The notes below the pieces were generated by a model. That model ran no database searches, was not told the DNA's origin, and was given only the letters and a program-made list of their open reading frames with translations. A program made the position numbers and the translations under genes. Below are positions 37,393 through 50,225 of a DNA stretch of 64,000 nt, piece by piece (positions within the stretch are counted from its first letter, which is position 1; the number at the start of each line of letters is the position of its first letter). This stretch comes from Paragordius varius (taxonomy: Eukaryota > Animalia > Nematomorpha): assembly GCA_964247055.1 (NCBI GenBank), contig OZ176051.1, positions 3,658,001-3,722,000 on the forward strand, in the 5' to 3' direction.

Positions 37393-38283
37393 CTATAAAT
37401 TATAGAGATGTACAATTTTCTCAATTTGTGATTTATATTGCGTGTCGCCATCATTGGCTTGAATTTTATTATCATAATAATTTATTATGGCGTGAAGTTT
37501 TATTTTATCTTCCTTTTCCAAAAATAATTTGATAATTGACGTAAATCTTTTAATTTTTCCCAAACATTCCAAATGATCCAATATATTTATGTTGTAATTT
37601 CGATTTTTTGAACAAACAAATGAATAAAAAATGGATAAAAGAGTATGAAAATGAGTATATTCCAAAGTATCCTTAAAAATATGGGAATATTTAAATGGGT
37701 CAATTTTGCTAACATACATAAATAAAGTGGGATCATTTGGGTTTTCTTCATATAATTTTTGTAATTGATGTAAATCTTTGGATAATTGATAAAAATTAGT
37801 AAATTCTTTACGAGTAGATAAAATGTTTTTAGATGATTCGGAGAGGAAACTTTTTTCATACTTAGAGCCATTTTGTTGAATAAAATTTTGAGCAATGGAA
37901 TTGGTGGGATCCAAAAGAGAAACAATTCTAAACTTTTTATACGCCATTGGTAACTCCCCCTTTTCAAGGTACGCAGTTGCACAACGAAAATATGTTTTTA
38001 CTAACAATTTCAAGAATTCCACATCCTCTTTTTGCTTTAGATATTTTAGCAAATGATGCTTAGACAAACTGTTTTTTTCCAAAATGTGGTTGATTGCCAT
38101 GTTGCAATCATCTATGGCGTTATCATACAGTCCAAGATTTAAATAAGCCTGAGCTCTATTGCTATATATTATAGGATCCGTATAGCATAAACCAATAGCT
38201 AAAGTATATTCATCAATTGCATTCGCATATTGTTTGCTTTTAAACCAACTATTACCCCGTTCTTTGCACTGTTCTGCATCCAT
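37393..38283 (-). CDS. Intronless TPR co-chaperone with RPAP3_C domain (RPAP3/SPAG1-like), 296 aa
   Basis: TPR triplet with carboxylate-clamp residues (KERGN, SNRAQ, KTYFR). The C-terminal YVSKIDPFKYSHIFKDTL..LECLGKIKRF matches the RPAP3_C pattern. Confidence 0.75.
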   Translation of the reverse strand: MDAEQCKERGNSWFKSKQYANAIDEYTLAIGLCYTDPIIYSNRAQAYLNLGLYDNAIDDCNMAINHILEKNSLSKHHLLKYLKQKEDVEFLKLLVKTYFRCATAYLEKGELPMAYKKFRIVSLLDPTNSIAQNFIQQNGSKYEKSFLSESSKNILSTRKEFTNFYQLSKDLHQLQKLYEENPNDPTLFMYVSKIDPFKYSHIFKDTLEYTHFHTLLSIFYSFVCSKNRNYNINILDHLECLGKIKRFTSIIKLFLEKEDKIKLHAIINYYDNKIQANDGDTQYKSQIEKIVHLYNL

Positions 38284-38309
38284 AAGGCGTGATCAGATAT
38301 AAAATATAT

Positions 38310-38793
38310 ATGCATTCATCCACTAATCTGAAAAATGTGGTAGGTGCTGAATTACCTCCTGAGTATATTTTGGTTTTATGAAAAATTAATCAAAAGGTTA
38401 AACCATGTGAATATTATCAAAAAGAATATAAATATTGTAAAAGTTAAAAGAGATTTTATTTTAGGAATTAAATCTCGATATCAACAGCTTTACATCGATG
38501 GGAAATTTGATGATTGCACAAAATATTGGACAGATTTTAAAAACTGTGAACAATGGTTAACTAATGCAAATAAAGACAATTTAGTTAAATAATTCTTTAA
38601 CAATCAGAATGAATTGTTGCGTAGCGAAAAAGAACGAATGCAAAAGCGAATATACAATGCTAATAAAAATGATATCTGGGAAGCCCGAACATCGTTTCCT
38701 CCAGATGCTTGGAATAAACCTTTACCCGATTATTATAAACGAAAGACGGATGAATCTATTATAGTGATATCTAAAGAAGAAACAATAAAATAA
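38310..38793 (+). CDS. C22orf39/UPF0545 (DUF3128)-like protein, 126 aa (38310-38339, 38397-38442, 38465-38583, 38608-38793)
   Basis: KPCEYYQKEYKYC..YQQLYIDG..DCTKYWTDFKNC..LLRSEKER..IWEAR..PPDAWNKPLP parallels human C22orf39 RPCEAYRAEWKLC..YYVHG..CEQWQRDLASC..LCESERAR..VWAPR..PPDWHLPLP. It needs 22- and 24-nt introns. Confidence 0.78.
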
Positions 38794-39747
38794 AAAAAGA
38801 TAATATAATGACATTACTTGAGCCTAGATTTCAATATTTGAGATCAATATTGTAATATATGAAGTATTTCATTGGCGAAATTTTGTAACTTTAAAGATGC
38901 ATCGTTGTAAATATATATTGTAAGGTTTTAACCGTTTATGCATTTGTGACTGCGACCGCTCTCACCCGTATAATTTTAAGACATGATATAATACATTAAA
39001 TATTAGTATCAAAAACAAAATATATGAAAAATTGTTAAATTTCTTCATATATTTTGTCTGTGTCGTTTTTTAGTGACAACATATGTTTGATTTTGTGATA
39101 ATAATTGACAGGGAAAATAACAGAATTAACCACTAGAGCCGGGTACTTTTTTAACTGGTCAAAAGCTTTTTTTCATAATATTTATTTAATGTTATGGTTA
39201 TTAAACATTTAAAAAATTAATTCGTATTTGCTTGATGGTGTAAAAATAGCCTGATATACAACCACCCAATACAATATCACAGTTTTAACAATCCATTCAT
39301 TTTATAGAAAAATTATTTTTACGATATATAAATTAACAATTTCGTTGTACTCTGATATAATTTATAACGATTCTTTTTTATGGTTTGAATTTATGTGTAA
39401 TATCGAATTACTAAATAATAGATATCTAATTAGCGACCTATGAAGTAGCATATAGATGGTTCGATGTTCAATTAATTTTTATCACAACACTACTCTACCA
39501 AATTTATGTTTTTATATGTGCAATTTAAATTTCACGTTTTTTAATTTTAATATATGATAACCTCTAATTCTGCAATGTAGTATTATCAAGAGAGATGTTT
39601 AATTTAAGTTCTGACTCTGCGATCATTAAAAAAAGTTAGTATGTTGATTAACTTATGTGTTGACTTTGTTGTTAGGTGATAAGAAATAATTGGAAAATAA
39701 TCTTTTTATTTGATAATTTGACTATATTTAAAGTCCCTTATTTATAA

Positions 39748-41431
39748 TCTATATATTTATAAAAATGGAAAATGCTGGCTTTGTGATCTGGTACAGGAAA
39801 ACCGGTAGACCCAATCAAATCCAAATATCGAAAAAATATAATCATTAATAAATGTCCCGACAATAGCTTCGCCCTTTTTTTGAAATAGGCCCCCAGTTCG
39901 GGCCCACACCGTATGAAAAACGGGTTTTTTTTGAAAACAGAAGTCCACAAAATCGTGTTTTTGAGACAATTTTCCGGAGAACGTGTTGGACCATTCAATT
40001 TTAAATATGATTTTTATTTAGTTATTTTCGATTGCGCTGAACATAGCCGAGCCACTTTTTTGATTTAGGCCCTCTTTTTACCCGCTCCCCCCGTAAAATG
40101 CCACCTTTTTCAAAAAACAAAGTCCACAAAAATAATTTTTTAAATCGATTTTTCGCCCTAGGTATGAGACCGTAAAAATTCAATATGGATTCACGTATTC
40201 CCTGTTAAAAGGCAAAAATTTTAGTCCACCGTTTATTTGATGATAGCTGCTTGGTAAGGAGCTACCCGCTAAAAACTGATTTTTCATATAACTTTGTGAT
40301 CTGTTTCCGGAAAACCGGTGATCCCAATCAAATCCAAATATCGAAAAAATATAATCATTAATGAATGCCCCGACAATAGCTTCGCCCTTTTTTGGAATTA
40401 GGTCCCCAGTTTGGGCCCACCCCGTGTGAAAAATGGGTTAAGTCAATTTTTTGGAGAACGTGTTGGACCATTCAATTTCAAGATTTTTGTTTACTTATTT
40501 TCGATTGCGCCGAACATAGTCGAATCACTTTTTTGATTTAGGCCCTCTTTTTACCCGCTACCCCCGTAAAATGCCATTTTTTTAAAAAAACAAAGTCCAC
40601 AAAAATAATTTTTTAAATCGATTTTTCGCCCTAGGTATGAGACTGTAAAAATTCGAGAAAGATTTTTCGTATTGCCTGTTAAAAGGCAAAAATTTTAGTC
40701 AAGCGTTTCTTTGATGATAGATGCTGAGTAAGGAGTATCTATCATATGTATAGCATGTTAAAAGATATATGGATATTAATACATTATTTATGGTAATCTA
40801 TATATTTATAAAAATGGAAAATGCTGGCTTTGTGATCTGGTACAGGAAAACCGGTAGACCCAATCAAATCCAAATATCGAAAAAATATAATCATTAATAA
40901 ATGTCCCGACAATAGCTTGGCCCTTTTTTTGAAATAGGCCCCCAGTTCGGGCCCACCCCGTATGAAAAACGGGTTTTTTTTAAAAACAGAAGTCCACAAA
41001 ATCGTGTTTTTGAGACAATTTTCCGGAGAACGTGTTGGACCATTCATTTTCAAATATGATTTTTGTTTACTTATTTTCGATTGCGCCGAACATAGCCGAG
41101 CCACTTTTTTGATTTATGCCCTCTTTTTACCCGCTCCCCCCGTAAAATGCCATTTTTTTCAAAAAACAAAGTCCACAAAAATAATTTTCTAAATCGATTT
41201 TTCGCCCTAGGTATGAGACCGTAAAAATTCGAGAAAGATTCCACGTATTCCCTGTTAAAAGGCAAAAATTTTAGTCCACCGTTTATTTGATGATAGCTGC
41301 TGGGTAAGGAGCTACCCGCTAAAAACTGATTTTTCATATAACTTTGTGATCTGTTTCCGGAAAACCGGTGAAGCCATTCAAATCCAAACAAGCACGAGAT
41401 TCACGCTAGTACTTCACGAGATTCACGCTAG
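39748..41431 (+). mobile_element. Helitron cluster: two head-to-tail copies (5' TC at 39748 and 40797), each with internal ~510-bp tandem duplication, and a doubled CTAG 3' end
   Basis: Repeated TCTATATATTTATAAAAATGGAAAATGC heads and repeated TTTGTGATCTG..GAAAACCGG units at about 39780, 40292, 40829 and 41342. CACGAGATTCACGCTAGTACTT occurs twice (CTAG at 41406 and 41428). Confidence 0.75.
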
Positions 41432-41935
41432 TACTTTATATATTTTACGTTATAATTGAGCCATTTCAGTATCTTGTTTTTTTTAGATCATGTTTTCAAA
41501 ATTTTAGTTTGGCATTTAGGCAATACAAAATTTTATTTGCTCTCAAGCAATTTAACACGCGCTCATTAATATTTTAACAAGGTCATGATATAATCAAAAA
41601 GGTGAAAATAAGGTTAAATTTTTAAAAATAATCTGAGAAACAGACTATATCATAAATGATTAATAAATTGGAGAAACTGCCAACAAAGACATATGTATTA
41701 AATTTAGTAATGGTAGAGATGAATTGGACATGGTGAGTAAAAATATTGAAATTGTAAAATCTCTTTATTAATTGAAGTATTTTTTTATTCTTCAAATATT
41801 GAATTTTCGCACAAGTGGTTACATTACCTATAAAATCGCTAATGGTCGATATAATCGACTACAAGATTAAGAATAATAAAGAAAGATTATTTTATAATGT
41901 TACTGACTTTTCACTTTGAAATTTGGACGTAAACA

Positions 41936-44900
41936 TAAGGTGACCAGATTTTTTGAAGAAAGCGGGACAAATCTGAGAAGGGGGGTCATTGGGGGGTAAA
42001 ACCAAAAATTTTTATACAAAAAATTTATTGTAATATTTATTTATTTTTAACATAAATACATTATAAATATAAAAAAATTTGTACAGGTTGTTTGTACCTT
42101 ATTCAATAAATTTACATGTGCACGAACAAAGGGTGAAGTGATTGTAATATTCTAAAAAAAAATAAAGACGAAATCATCAAAGTGCGTTGGGTGATGCAAG
42201 AAGCGGCACAAAAAATATTTTTAACAATTTAGCGAATAATCTTAATCAAAACATTATTGGCAGATACACAACGATATTCAAACACTACTGATTTGTTACC
42301 CCTGGATGTAGAAAATGTAGCTGGTATAATGCTTGGATATTCTAGAACTCGTTGGTTAGCTCTTTTGCCAGCTATTGAAAAAATTTTAAAAATGCATGAT
42401 CGCCTAGAATCCTATTTTTTATCACAGGACAAATGTCTAAAATTCCAAGTCAAGAAAGGTTAGAAAATAATTTTATACCATTACCTAATCGCATTATTAT
42501 AAATCATCCAGAAAAACAAGGTTCAATGAATAGCCAGGATATAAAAATGTTTTCTACAAACAGAAACGATTATTTGGAAGACAAGACGGTGCAATTCAAT
42601 GACACTTTTTTTCTGAAGTATCATTATTAAATAAATATATTGAATGAAAACTTATATTATGGACAACAGAAAAAAAATACGTAGGATAGAAATGGTTAAA
42701 ACATCCTTTTAAACAAATTATGTTCCATACAATAATATTTTAATTGTAGAATTTGCATTATCTTTACCTGAACCACTGCTATCGAACGCGTTTTTCTACA
42801 GTAAATTAAGTAAGGACACGGAATCAAATTTAAATGTTAAATAAAAGCCATTTTATGTGTTCAAATATAATTTGACATGAAGACTTATATAATATTTTAA
42901 GTAATTTTGTTTATTTTTTAACACAAAAACTTTAAAGAAAATATTTTATTCTTTGGTATATTTTCGTTTGAGTGAATGCGTTTTAGCATATTGTCATCAT
43001 TTTTTAAAATATTGTAGTCTTCACAAGAATTTGTCAAATTATATTTAACAGATAAAACGGCCTTTATTTCAACATTTAAATTTGATTTTTCCGATGTCCA
43101 CACTTGATTTACTGTAAAAAAACGCGCTCAGTAGCAGCGTTGGTTCCAGGTAAAGATAATGCGAATTCCACAATTTTTAAAATATTATTGTATGTAATAT
43201 AGTTGGCTTCAAAATTATGAAATATTTCCAACCATTTCTTTTCTACTGTATATTTTTCTTTTGTCCATAATTTAAGTTTTTCATCATTAATATATCTTTT
43301 AACTAATGATTCTTCAGAAAAAAGATCATTTTCTGAAAGATTACTTTTTGAGAATTTTTGGGAACAGATATAACCAAATGATTTTTAAACATCGAACCAA
43401 TTAAATTCTGATTTTAATGTTATCCAATGAAAATGATCAATTTCATTGAATTGTTTAGTCCAGTCTTCCAAATCTTTACAGTTTGTATAAAACATTTTTA
43501 TATGGTAGAGGATATCTTGGCGATTTATTAAGCCTTGTTTTTTAAATATTTGTTATATTGCGGATGGTTAATGGTATAAAATTATTTCCTAACCGTTCTT
43601 GACATTGGAATTTTAGGTTACTAACTTCATTGGCTACTTCGATTGCCGAAATTTTGTCACCATCTATAAATTTAATAAAATTTTGAAAGAGAGAAGCTTG
43701 ATTATGTAAGAATTCTAACCATATTTTTGAAGAATCACTTTCAACAAACTTTTTTAAAGTTGTAGGACATTTGTCCTGTGATAAAAAAATGATTTTAAAG
43801 GATTATACATTTTTAAAATTCTTTCGATAGCTGGTATAAAAGCTAACCAACGAGTTTTACAATATCCAAGCATTTTTTGATATTGAACTTCTGCATTTTC
43901 ACAGTTCTTTAAGCGTTTCAACACGTACCGTTTATATATAAAAATAGGAATATATTTTAATCTAGGGGTAACAAATCAGCAGCTGTTTATATAGCGTTGT
44001 GTGTTATATGCGCTGCACACCCGACGCCTGTTTTGATTAAGATTATCTGTAAATTTATGAAAAATATATTTTTTCCCCTCCTTGCTTTTCCACCAAAGTT
44101 CGTATTGGTGTTGTCAGCGCAATATGCGATAATTTTGTCTTTTAAATTATTTTTTTCTAGAAGATGCATTATTGAAGTAAATATTATTTCGGAATTTTCA
44201 CCGGGTAGAGAAATTAAATCTAAAATTTTAATTTTTACTCCGGTTTCTGAATCCAAATATCTTATTAAAGTGGGAAATAATTTTGTTTCATGGTGATTTG
44301 ATGCATCAGAGTATAGGGATAAAAAATTAATTTTCGGCAAATCTTTTTGTATTTCAGAAAATGCATGTGGCGAAAGGACACACACAATGGCTTCAGCCTT
44401 TGTACGGGCATATGTAAATTTTTTATAGAATAACTTGTGAGGTAAAATCCATGATCTAAAGGAATGATTGAGATAAACGGCGTGAAAAGATAAAACGCTT
44501 TCGGCTAATGCCAAATTATTTTCTTCCTCTCCAAAAGCGGTTTTTCGATAAAAATCGCTCATTTTGTAAGATGATGCCTCCATATCCAAACATTTTTTTA
44601 TGTTTCTGTGTTTCCATATGCTTTGTAATATCATGCTTGCCGCCATGTTTTAGGGTGAATTTCCCCTCGCATAAAAACATTTAACAAATGATTCATTCTT
44701 CGTTCTGATAAAAGGAAATTCTTTCATTAATTTATCGTTGAATTTACAACCTCTTTTTGCGCTCATATTTATAAACTACTATTAGTATAATAAATATTAT
44801 ATTACCTTAATTTTCTGGAATAAACGTGTAAGGTACCGATTTGTGGTATCAATTTGTCTTTTAAACAACCGATTTGTGGTATTAACTTGGCTTTTTGATA

Positions 44901-45144
44901 ATGATGACAGTAGTAGTAGGAGTATAATCATATGATATAAATTTGAAAAAAATAAATATTTTTAATTTAAAAATAAAAATTTTTAATTTAAAATAGATAT
45001 TAAATAATAAAAAATTTAAACGGATAAAAAAAATTTATTTGTATTAAAAATTTTTTTTTAGATAATCGTGAAAAAGCGGGACATTTTAAAAACGTAGCGG
45101 GACGCGGGACAAAGTGTGAAAAACCGGGACGTCTGGTCACCTTA
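41936..45144. mobile_element. hAT (Blackjack/Tip100-like) DNA transposon relic, 3.2 kb, containing decayed transposase sequence on both strands
   Basis: TIRs TAAGGTGACCAGA and TCTGGTCACCTTA, subterminal CGGGAC repeats, and a perfect 8-bp TSD CGTAAACA (41928-41935, 45145-45152). Transposase motifs include YSDASNH, YCADNTNTNFGG, GCAAHITHN and TRWLAL. Confidence 0.88.
42900..44766 (-). pseudogene. Frameshifted hAT transposase
   Basis: ATG at 44766 (MSAKRGCKFNDKLMKEFPFI), ORF 43987-44646 with D and CxxH motifs, and downstream fragments with multiple stops and frameshifts. Confidence 0.8.
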
Positions 45145-45618
45145 CGTAAACAAGAATGGAAAAATATTATTTTCTATTAATTTAGATTCGGTATAACGTT
45201 TCGATTTAAATTGTGGTAGCTAGTGACCCCAGACAAATTTAAATTATTATTATTAAAAATTTACTGAAAGGGACGGTTACAATTCAAATTTAATGTTTAC
45301 ATCTTAATAAAATTATCACTAAGCCAATCTAAATAAAATTTAGTTTTGAAAAAAATGTCTCATACCTAACTTTCGACGCCATCTTTATTTTACAACATTT
45401 GCACGATATCGTGTTTAAATGCTATAATATTTATTAAAATAACATCAATTGTGCATTATTTATAAATTGCAAATGGTCACATGTCATGTTGACTAAATTT
45501 TCACCTTGTTTATTCATAAAATTAATAATATAACATTTACAATTCAAATTCACCCTTGAACAATTGAAATTTACCCTAAAAATAAATTATGTGTCGGGAT
45601 TAATATAAAATATATTAA

Positions 45619-46641
45619 GGGTGGGGTGATAAAAAAGTTGCACTTGACTTGTAAGCCAAGCGTGTCAAGTTGAGCAAGATTACTTAAGCCAGCAAGTGTA
45701 CACTTGAAGATCGGTGATAAAAAAAAACACTTAAGTCAAGTCTTTTGATTATGAATGTATCAGTTTTTTGCCACCCAATTCGAATTTTATGGAAACTTTT
45801 TTGATCATTTTCAGCCAAAATTTATGATATAAGGTACAAAAAGATAAACAATAAATACAATATGCATTTATTAAAGTTTTTCAAACTCACTGGCACGAAT
45901 CTTATTTAATATATATAGTTTTCTAAATTGTGAACCTGGTAATAATTTTAGATTGATGAAACCATTCGCCCTTAAAACACTTTCCATTATTTTACCACAC
46001 TACTTATTTTGTTTGGAGTCCAGTTGCAAATATAATGGGAAGATGTTTATACAATATAACATAATTATTTTTAATTGATTATAATCGAAATAAATTTATG
46101 ATGAAATAAATTCTTTACATTGGTTAATAGTGAAGTTTTGCTTATAAACGAAGATTTGAAATTTTACAAGATTAATATTTAATTATTAATTTTAAGAAAT
46201 TTTCGAGAATCCAATTTTTTTTGCGGTCACGGAATTGATATATTTAGCATATTTTTATATGCCATGTTATTAAATATTAGCAGAGTTTTTCTATAAATTT
46301 ATCCTCTTTTATATCCACCCAATGAATAGATTAATTAGCCAAAGTTTATAAAATTAACAACTTATAGCATTAACAAAGGTTTGAATTTCATATAAAACCT
46401 AAATTTTATACAGAAATAGTTTCCAAAATAATTTTATCCATATTTTTAAATCTGTCAAGTGTGCCCTACACCACACTTGCAAAATCTTTAAGTTTTACTT
46501 GATCATACGATTTTTTATCACCTCCGAATCAAGTTTTCTTGCTTGACTTGAGTCGTCTAATGTTAAATTTTTTTATCACATGAAAGCAAGCCATGACTTG
46601 AAAACCTTGCAAGTCAAAAAAATATTTTTATCACCCGACCC
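45619..46641. mobile_element. PIF/Harbinger-like MITE, inverted sister of 27301-28319
   Basis: TAA|GGGTGGGGTGAT...ATCACCCGACCC|TAA. The internal sequence is the reverse complement of the ZP-intron copy. Confidence 0.78.
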
Positions 46642-47799
46642 TAAGGCTTAGTTTATTATTTTTTCAGTATTATTAGGATTGCAAACTAAATTTTATTTTT
46701 TAGAAATATGAAAATATATGAGTAATATTTAATCTAAAAAAACAAAATTTATTTTAGGGTGAATTTGAATTGTTTAAGGGTGATGCAGCGTATATCAGGT
46801 TTTGAATTATTCTTTTTATATTTCGGTGCTTCAATGTTATATTAGTGCAACTTTTGCAATGGTTTAATATTTTTTAAAATATTAGATTTACAGGTGACAA
46901 CCCAATTTAAACCGGAGGACTGAAATGAATGTGTTTAATCCAAATGTTAATAAGGATAATTTAAAAATTATAATGCGTTTGGAGTCATTCTTTATTATGA
47001 AAGATAGAGGAAATATGGGTCAACCCTAAGTATGGGGGCCGCAAATCAATATAGAGTGAACAATATAAATAAATGAGTCTAGCTAGTTAATATATCCGTC
47101 AGCAATTTTTAAATTTGGGGGGCGTCTTTTATGTTTAGTAAATTTTTTTGATACATGTATGCGTATTGCTTATAAATATTGATTACTTGTTAATTACAAG
47201 ACTAAATTTAATTTTTTCTACGCATTGCCAAACTAAGTGTTTTATATGGTAATCAATTTAATAATTTTTAATATTACATCAAAATAAATCTTTTACCAAT
47301 ATAATTTGGAGTTAAATATCTTTCTTTATAAAAGTTCGACCTGCCCAATTTTAATCTTTCGATGGGCTGATGCGGTTTTTAGCAATAAAATAAAAACCCA
47401 AAACTGGGTTAAATTAATTGAATGTGGGTTACTAATTGGCTTATCGTTTATATTTATCAATATTAATCTGCAAGACATATTTCTTTTTCCAGTTTCTCCT
47501 TCGCAGAAGCATTACATGTATAATAAAAAATAAGCAGCAGTACGAGCAATGGAAAAGACCAATAAACTCGCTAAATAGGTTTGACACAGTTTGAATTAAA
47601 GTCAAAAATAGGTAAATCGCAAGGCGACTTACAAAATACTGCTTCAAAGCCGCGAAAAAACACTGTTTTTGCATCGAATTAAGAGGGATGATGAGAAACC
47701 TTGCTAAGCCGGCCACCAAAACTAAGGTCAGCTTGTTAAATGGTGATAGAGTTCAGCTGGTGCAAAAAAAATTTCAGTAGTCAAAGCAATTTCAAAGTG

Positions 47800-48235
47800 T
47801 TTTTCAGTGGCTTTGCTATGTGAGACGAATCATTGTCACGTAACAAAATCAATTTGCCATGTCTTATGATCTTTTTTGATTAATGCATGGTTCATAATCA
47901 TTTGTTGTCCGTTGTGTATTATCGGTTTCACCGTGTTTAAAAAGCTTGTATTACACAATATCACACAAAGCATTGTCTTATAATACAATTTTGTATCAAT
48001 GGATCACACCATTGTAAGAGCAGCATATCAGTATCGAAGACGTTAAAAAATGGCTTGACAAATGGTTTTACGTAAAATACATTCAGTTTTCACACGGCAT
48101 TCATGCATTACCTGAGAAATGGGCAAAATGTGTAGAAGCCGATATACAATATTTTGAATAAAATAAATAATTAATTTCCTTTCAAAATACCATGTTCTGT
48201 ATGATCACAACGGATATATAAAATTTCAATTTTTC
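47800..48235 (+). mobile_element. Mariner transposase C-terminal relic
   Basis: Translates to EDVKKWLDKWF..GIHALPEKWAKCVEADIQYFE*, the canonical mariner C-terminus. Confidence 0.7.
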
Positions 48236-48949
48236 CTATAGGTTTGACTAGATATATATATATATATATAGCACTTTAATTTTATGTACTTAATAAATTA
48301 CTTGATATGCCTTGTCATGTGTCACTTTGAAATAGAAACGATAATTAGGAAAACGGTGAATAATATATTTTTTGCGGTGTAGCTTAAAAATGGGTTAATT
48401 AATAATTAGGAATTCAAACATAATAATTAGTTTAACCATCACTTTTGGTTATTTGTCCAATTTAATTCTGTAACTTTTCCGGTTTAAATAAAACCCTTTC
48501 TTAATTAATGATAATCAATATCAAATTAGCATAACCTCTTATAAGAGACTTTTAATTTAAAGTGTCAGGCTTGACTCAGGGCCCAAAAAGTGCTTTCCCT
48601 ATGATCGGCGGATTAATAAGGAAAATGTTAATGGCCACATTTTGATAATGGTACGATACTTAATGTTTTCCAGAATTGCTAAGTTTTTCATCCAGTGGCG
48701 TATTTTATATATGATGAAGAGCGCCCAGATAACATATACTCATTTATAAAGGAAATCCTTTATAGGGGGAACAGAAAGAAAAACGGCAGAACAATCAAAA
48801 AATGGCTCGATCATGATCGGCGCATCCATAAATGATTAAATATTCATAAGTGAAAGGGACCTACCCGTTTTGCGGAAACTTTAAGCACGATTTTTGGAAT
48901 TTGTTAGCGATAGTGTAGCAAAAAACTTCACCGGATTTCCGAAGTTTGG

Positions 48950-49663
48950 AATTTAAATACCTCTCTGGTCTGACAAGACACAGAGTATGGTGTTATTACC
49001 GAAGCGATTAGGCCTTAATATAGATACAACGGTTTGGAAAATTAAAGGCATGCTTTTTCCGCTTTATTTACAAAAAGCCATTACTCATCACCGGTCCTTT
49101 CTGATTCTATGCAAAATAATTTCTTTTCGTGACGTTGAAGCAGGATTATACAAGTGACTCTTGGCGATTTTCGATTTGACGTTCCTTCAAATTGAGTGGG
49201 GCACATTTGACCAGTTTGCTGATCTTTTTCATTATAGACATTGATTTTTGATTAATGATTCTTGTTGTTAAGTTTAAGTTCGGTCATCATTAATATATCT
49301 TGCACTTTATCGTCTTTGCAGTTGTATGGTATACCAAAGCGCTGACTATCTTTCACATCGAAATCTCAACGGTTACAATTTGGTAACCATGTTCTTATGT
49401 TTTATATGATAAAGCATGTTTACCATATGTTTCTGCCAGCAAACGATAGCTTCTTTTGATTTTTGATTGAAATGCGTGCCTAAATTTCCTTTGCACAAAA
49501 TTCAGCATGATTACTGAGTGGAAAAAATAAGATGCTGGTTTTTGGTGACTGTGTTTGCCATTTAATGTTTGATGAAAAAAAAGGATATGTATCGAATAGT
49601 CGTCGTACTTTTCTCTAACGTTTTTTATTAGTTAAATCGGTAATAACTTATTTATACACCTGG
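48950..49663 (-). mobile_element. Mariner 5' relic (TIR plus decayed N-terminal transposase)
   Basis: TIR CCAGGTGTATAAATAAGTT next to TA, with remnants LLAETYGKH, FDVKD and a WVPH..LKERQIENR-like motif. Confidence 0.6.
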
Positions 49664-50225
49664 TAAATGACTAAGAAAAATCAATTTTGTATTTAAAAGA
49701 GCCTAACACCATTTTTACTTTTTATACTATATAGATTAGATAAGTCATTGATTATCACCATCAGAATATATCATTGTAAGGCTTTTGTTCGTAATATGAC
49801 TTTGTGTTACAATGTATGTTTTAATTTACGTTCACCAAAATTCTATGGTCAATACTCTTACAGTAATTAATAGTTTTTTTTGGAGGAAGTCATTAAGCCA
49901 TTATAGGTAATGTAATTCAATATTTTAAAAAATTAATTGTATACATTTAATTTTAAATTGGTAGGTAAAAAGTTTTTTTTATTTACTAGTATTATATAAC
50001 TGACTTTGATATATGTTTTCTCGAGGCTCTCTATCACTCTAAAAATATTCTTAAATTTTGTGAATCTTTTTTGCATTATTACAAAACCTTAACTCATCGT
50101 CTGATTATATGTAATTTATTAGTTTATACCATGAATAAACACTTTTAAAAGACACATTAAAATAGTGTGAATAGTTGCATATTAGACAAGCACTAGGAAT
50201 AAATGCAGAAAACATAGATTGTGTC

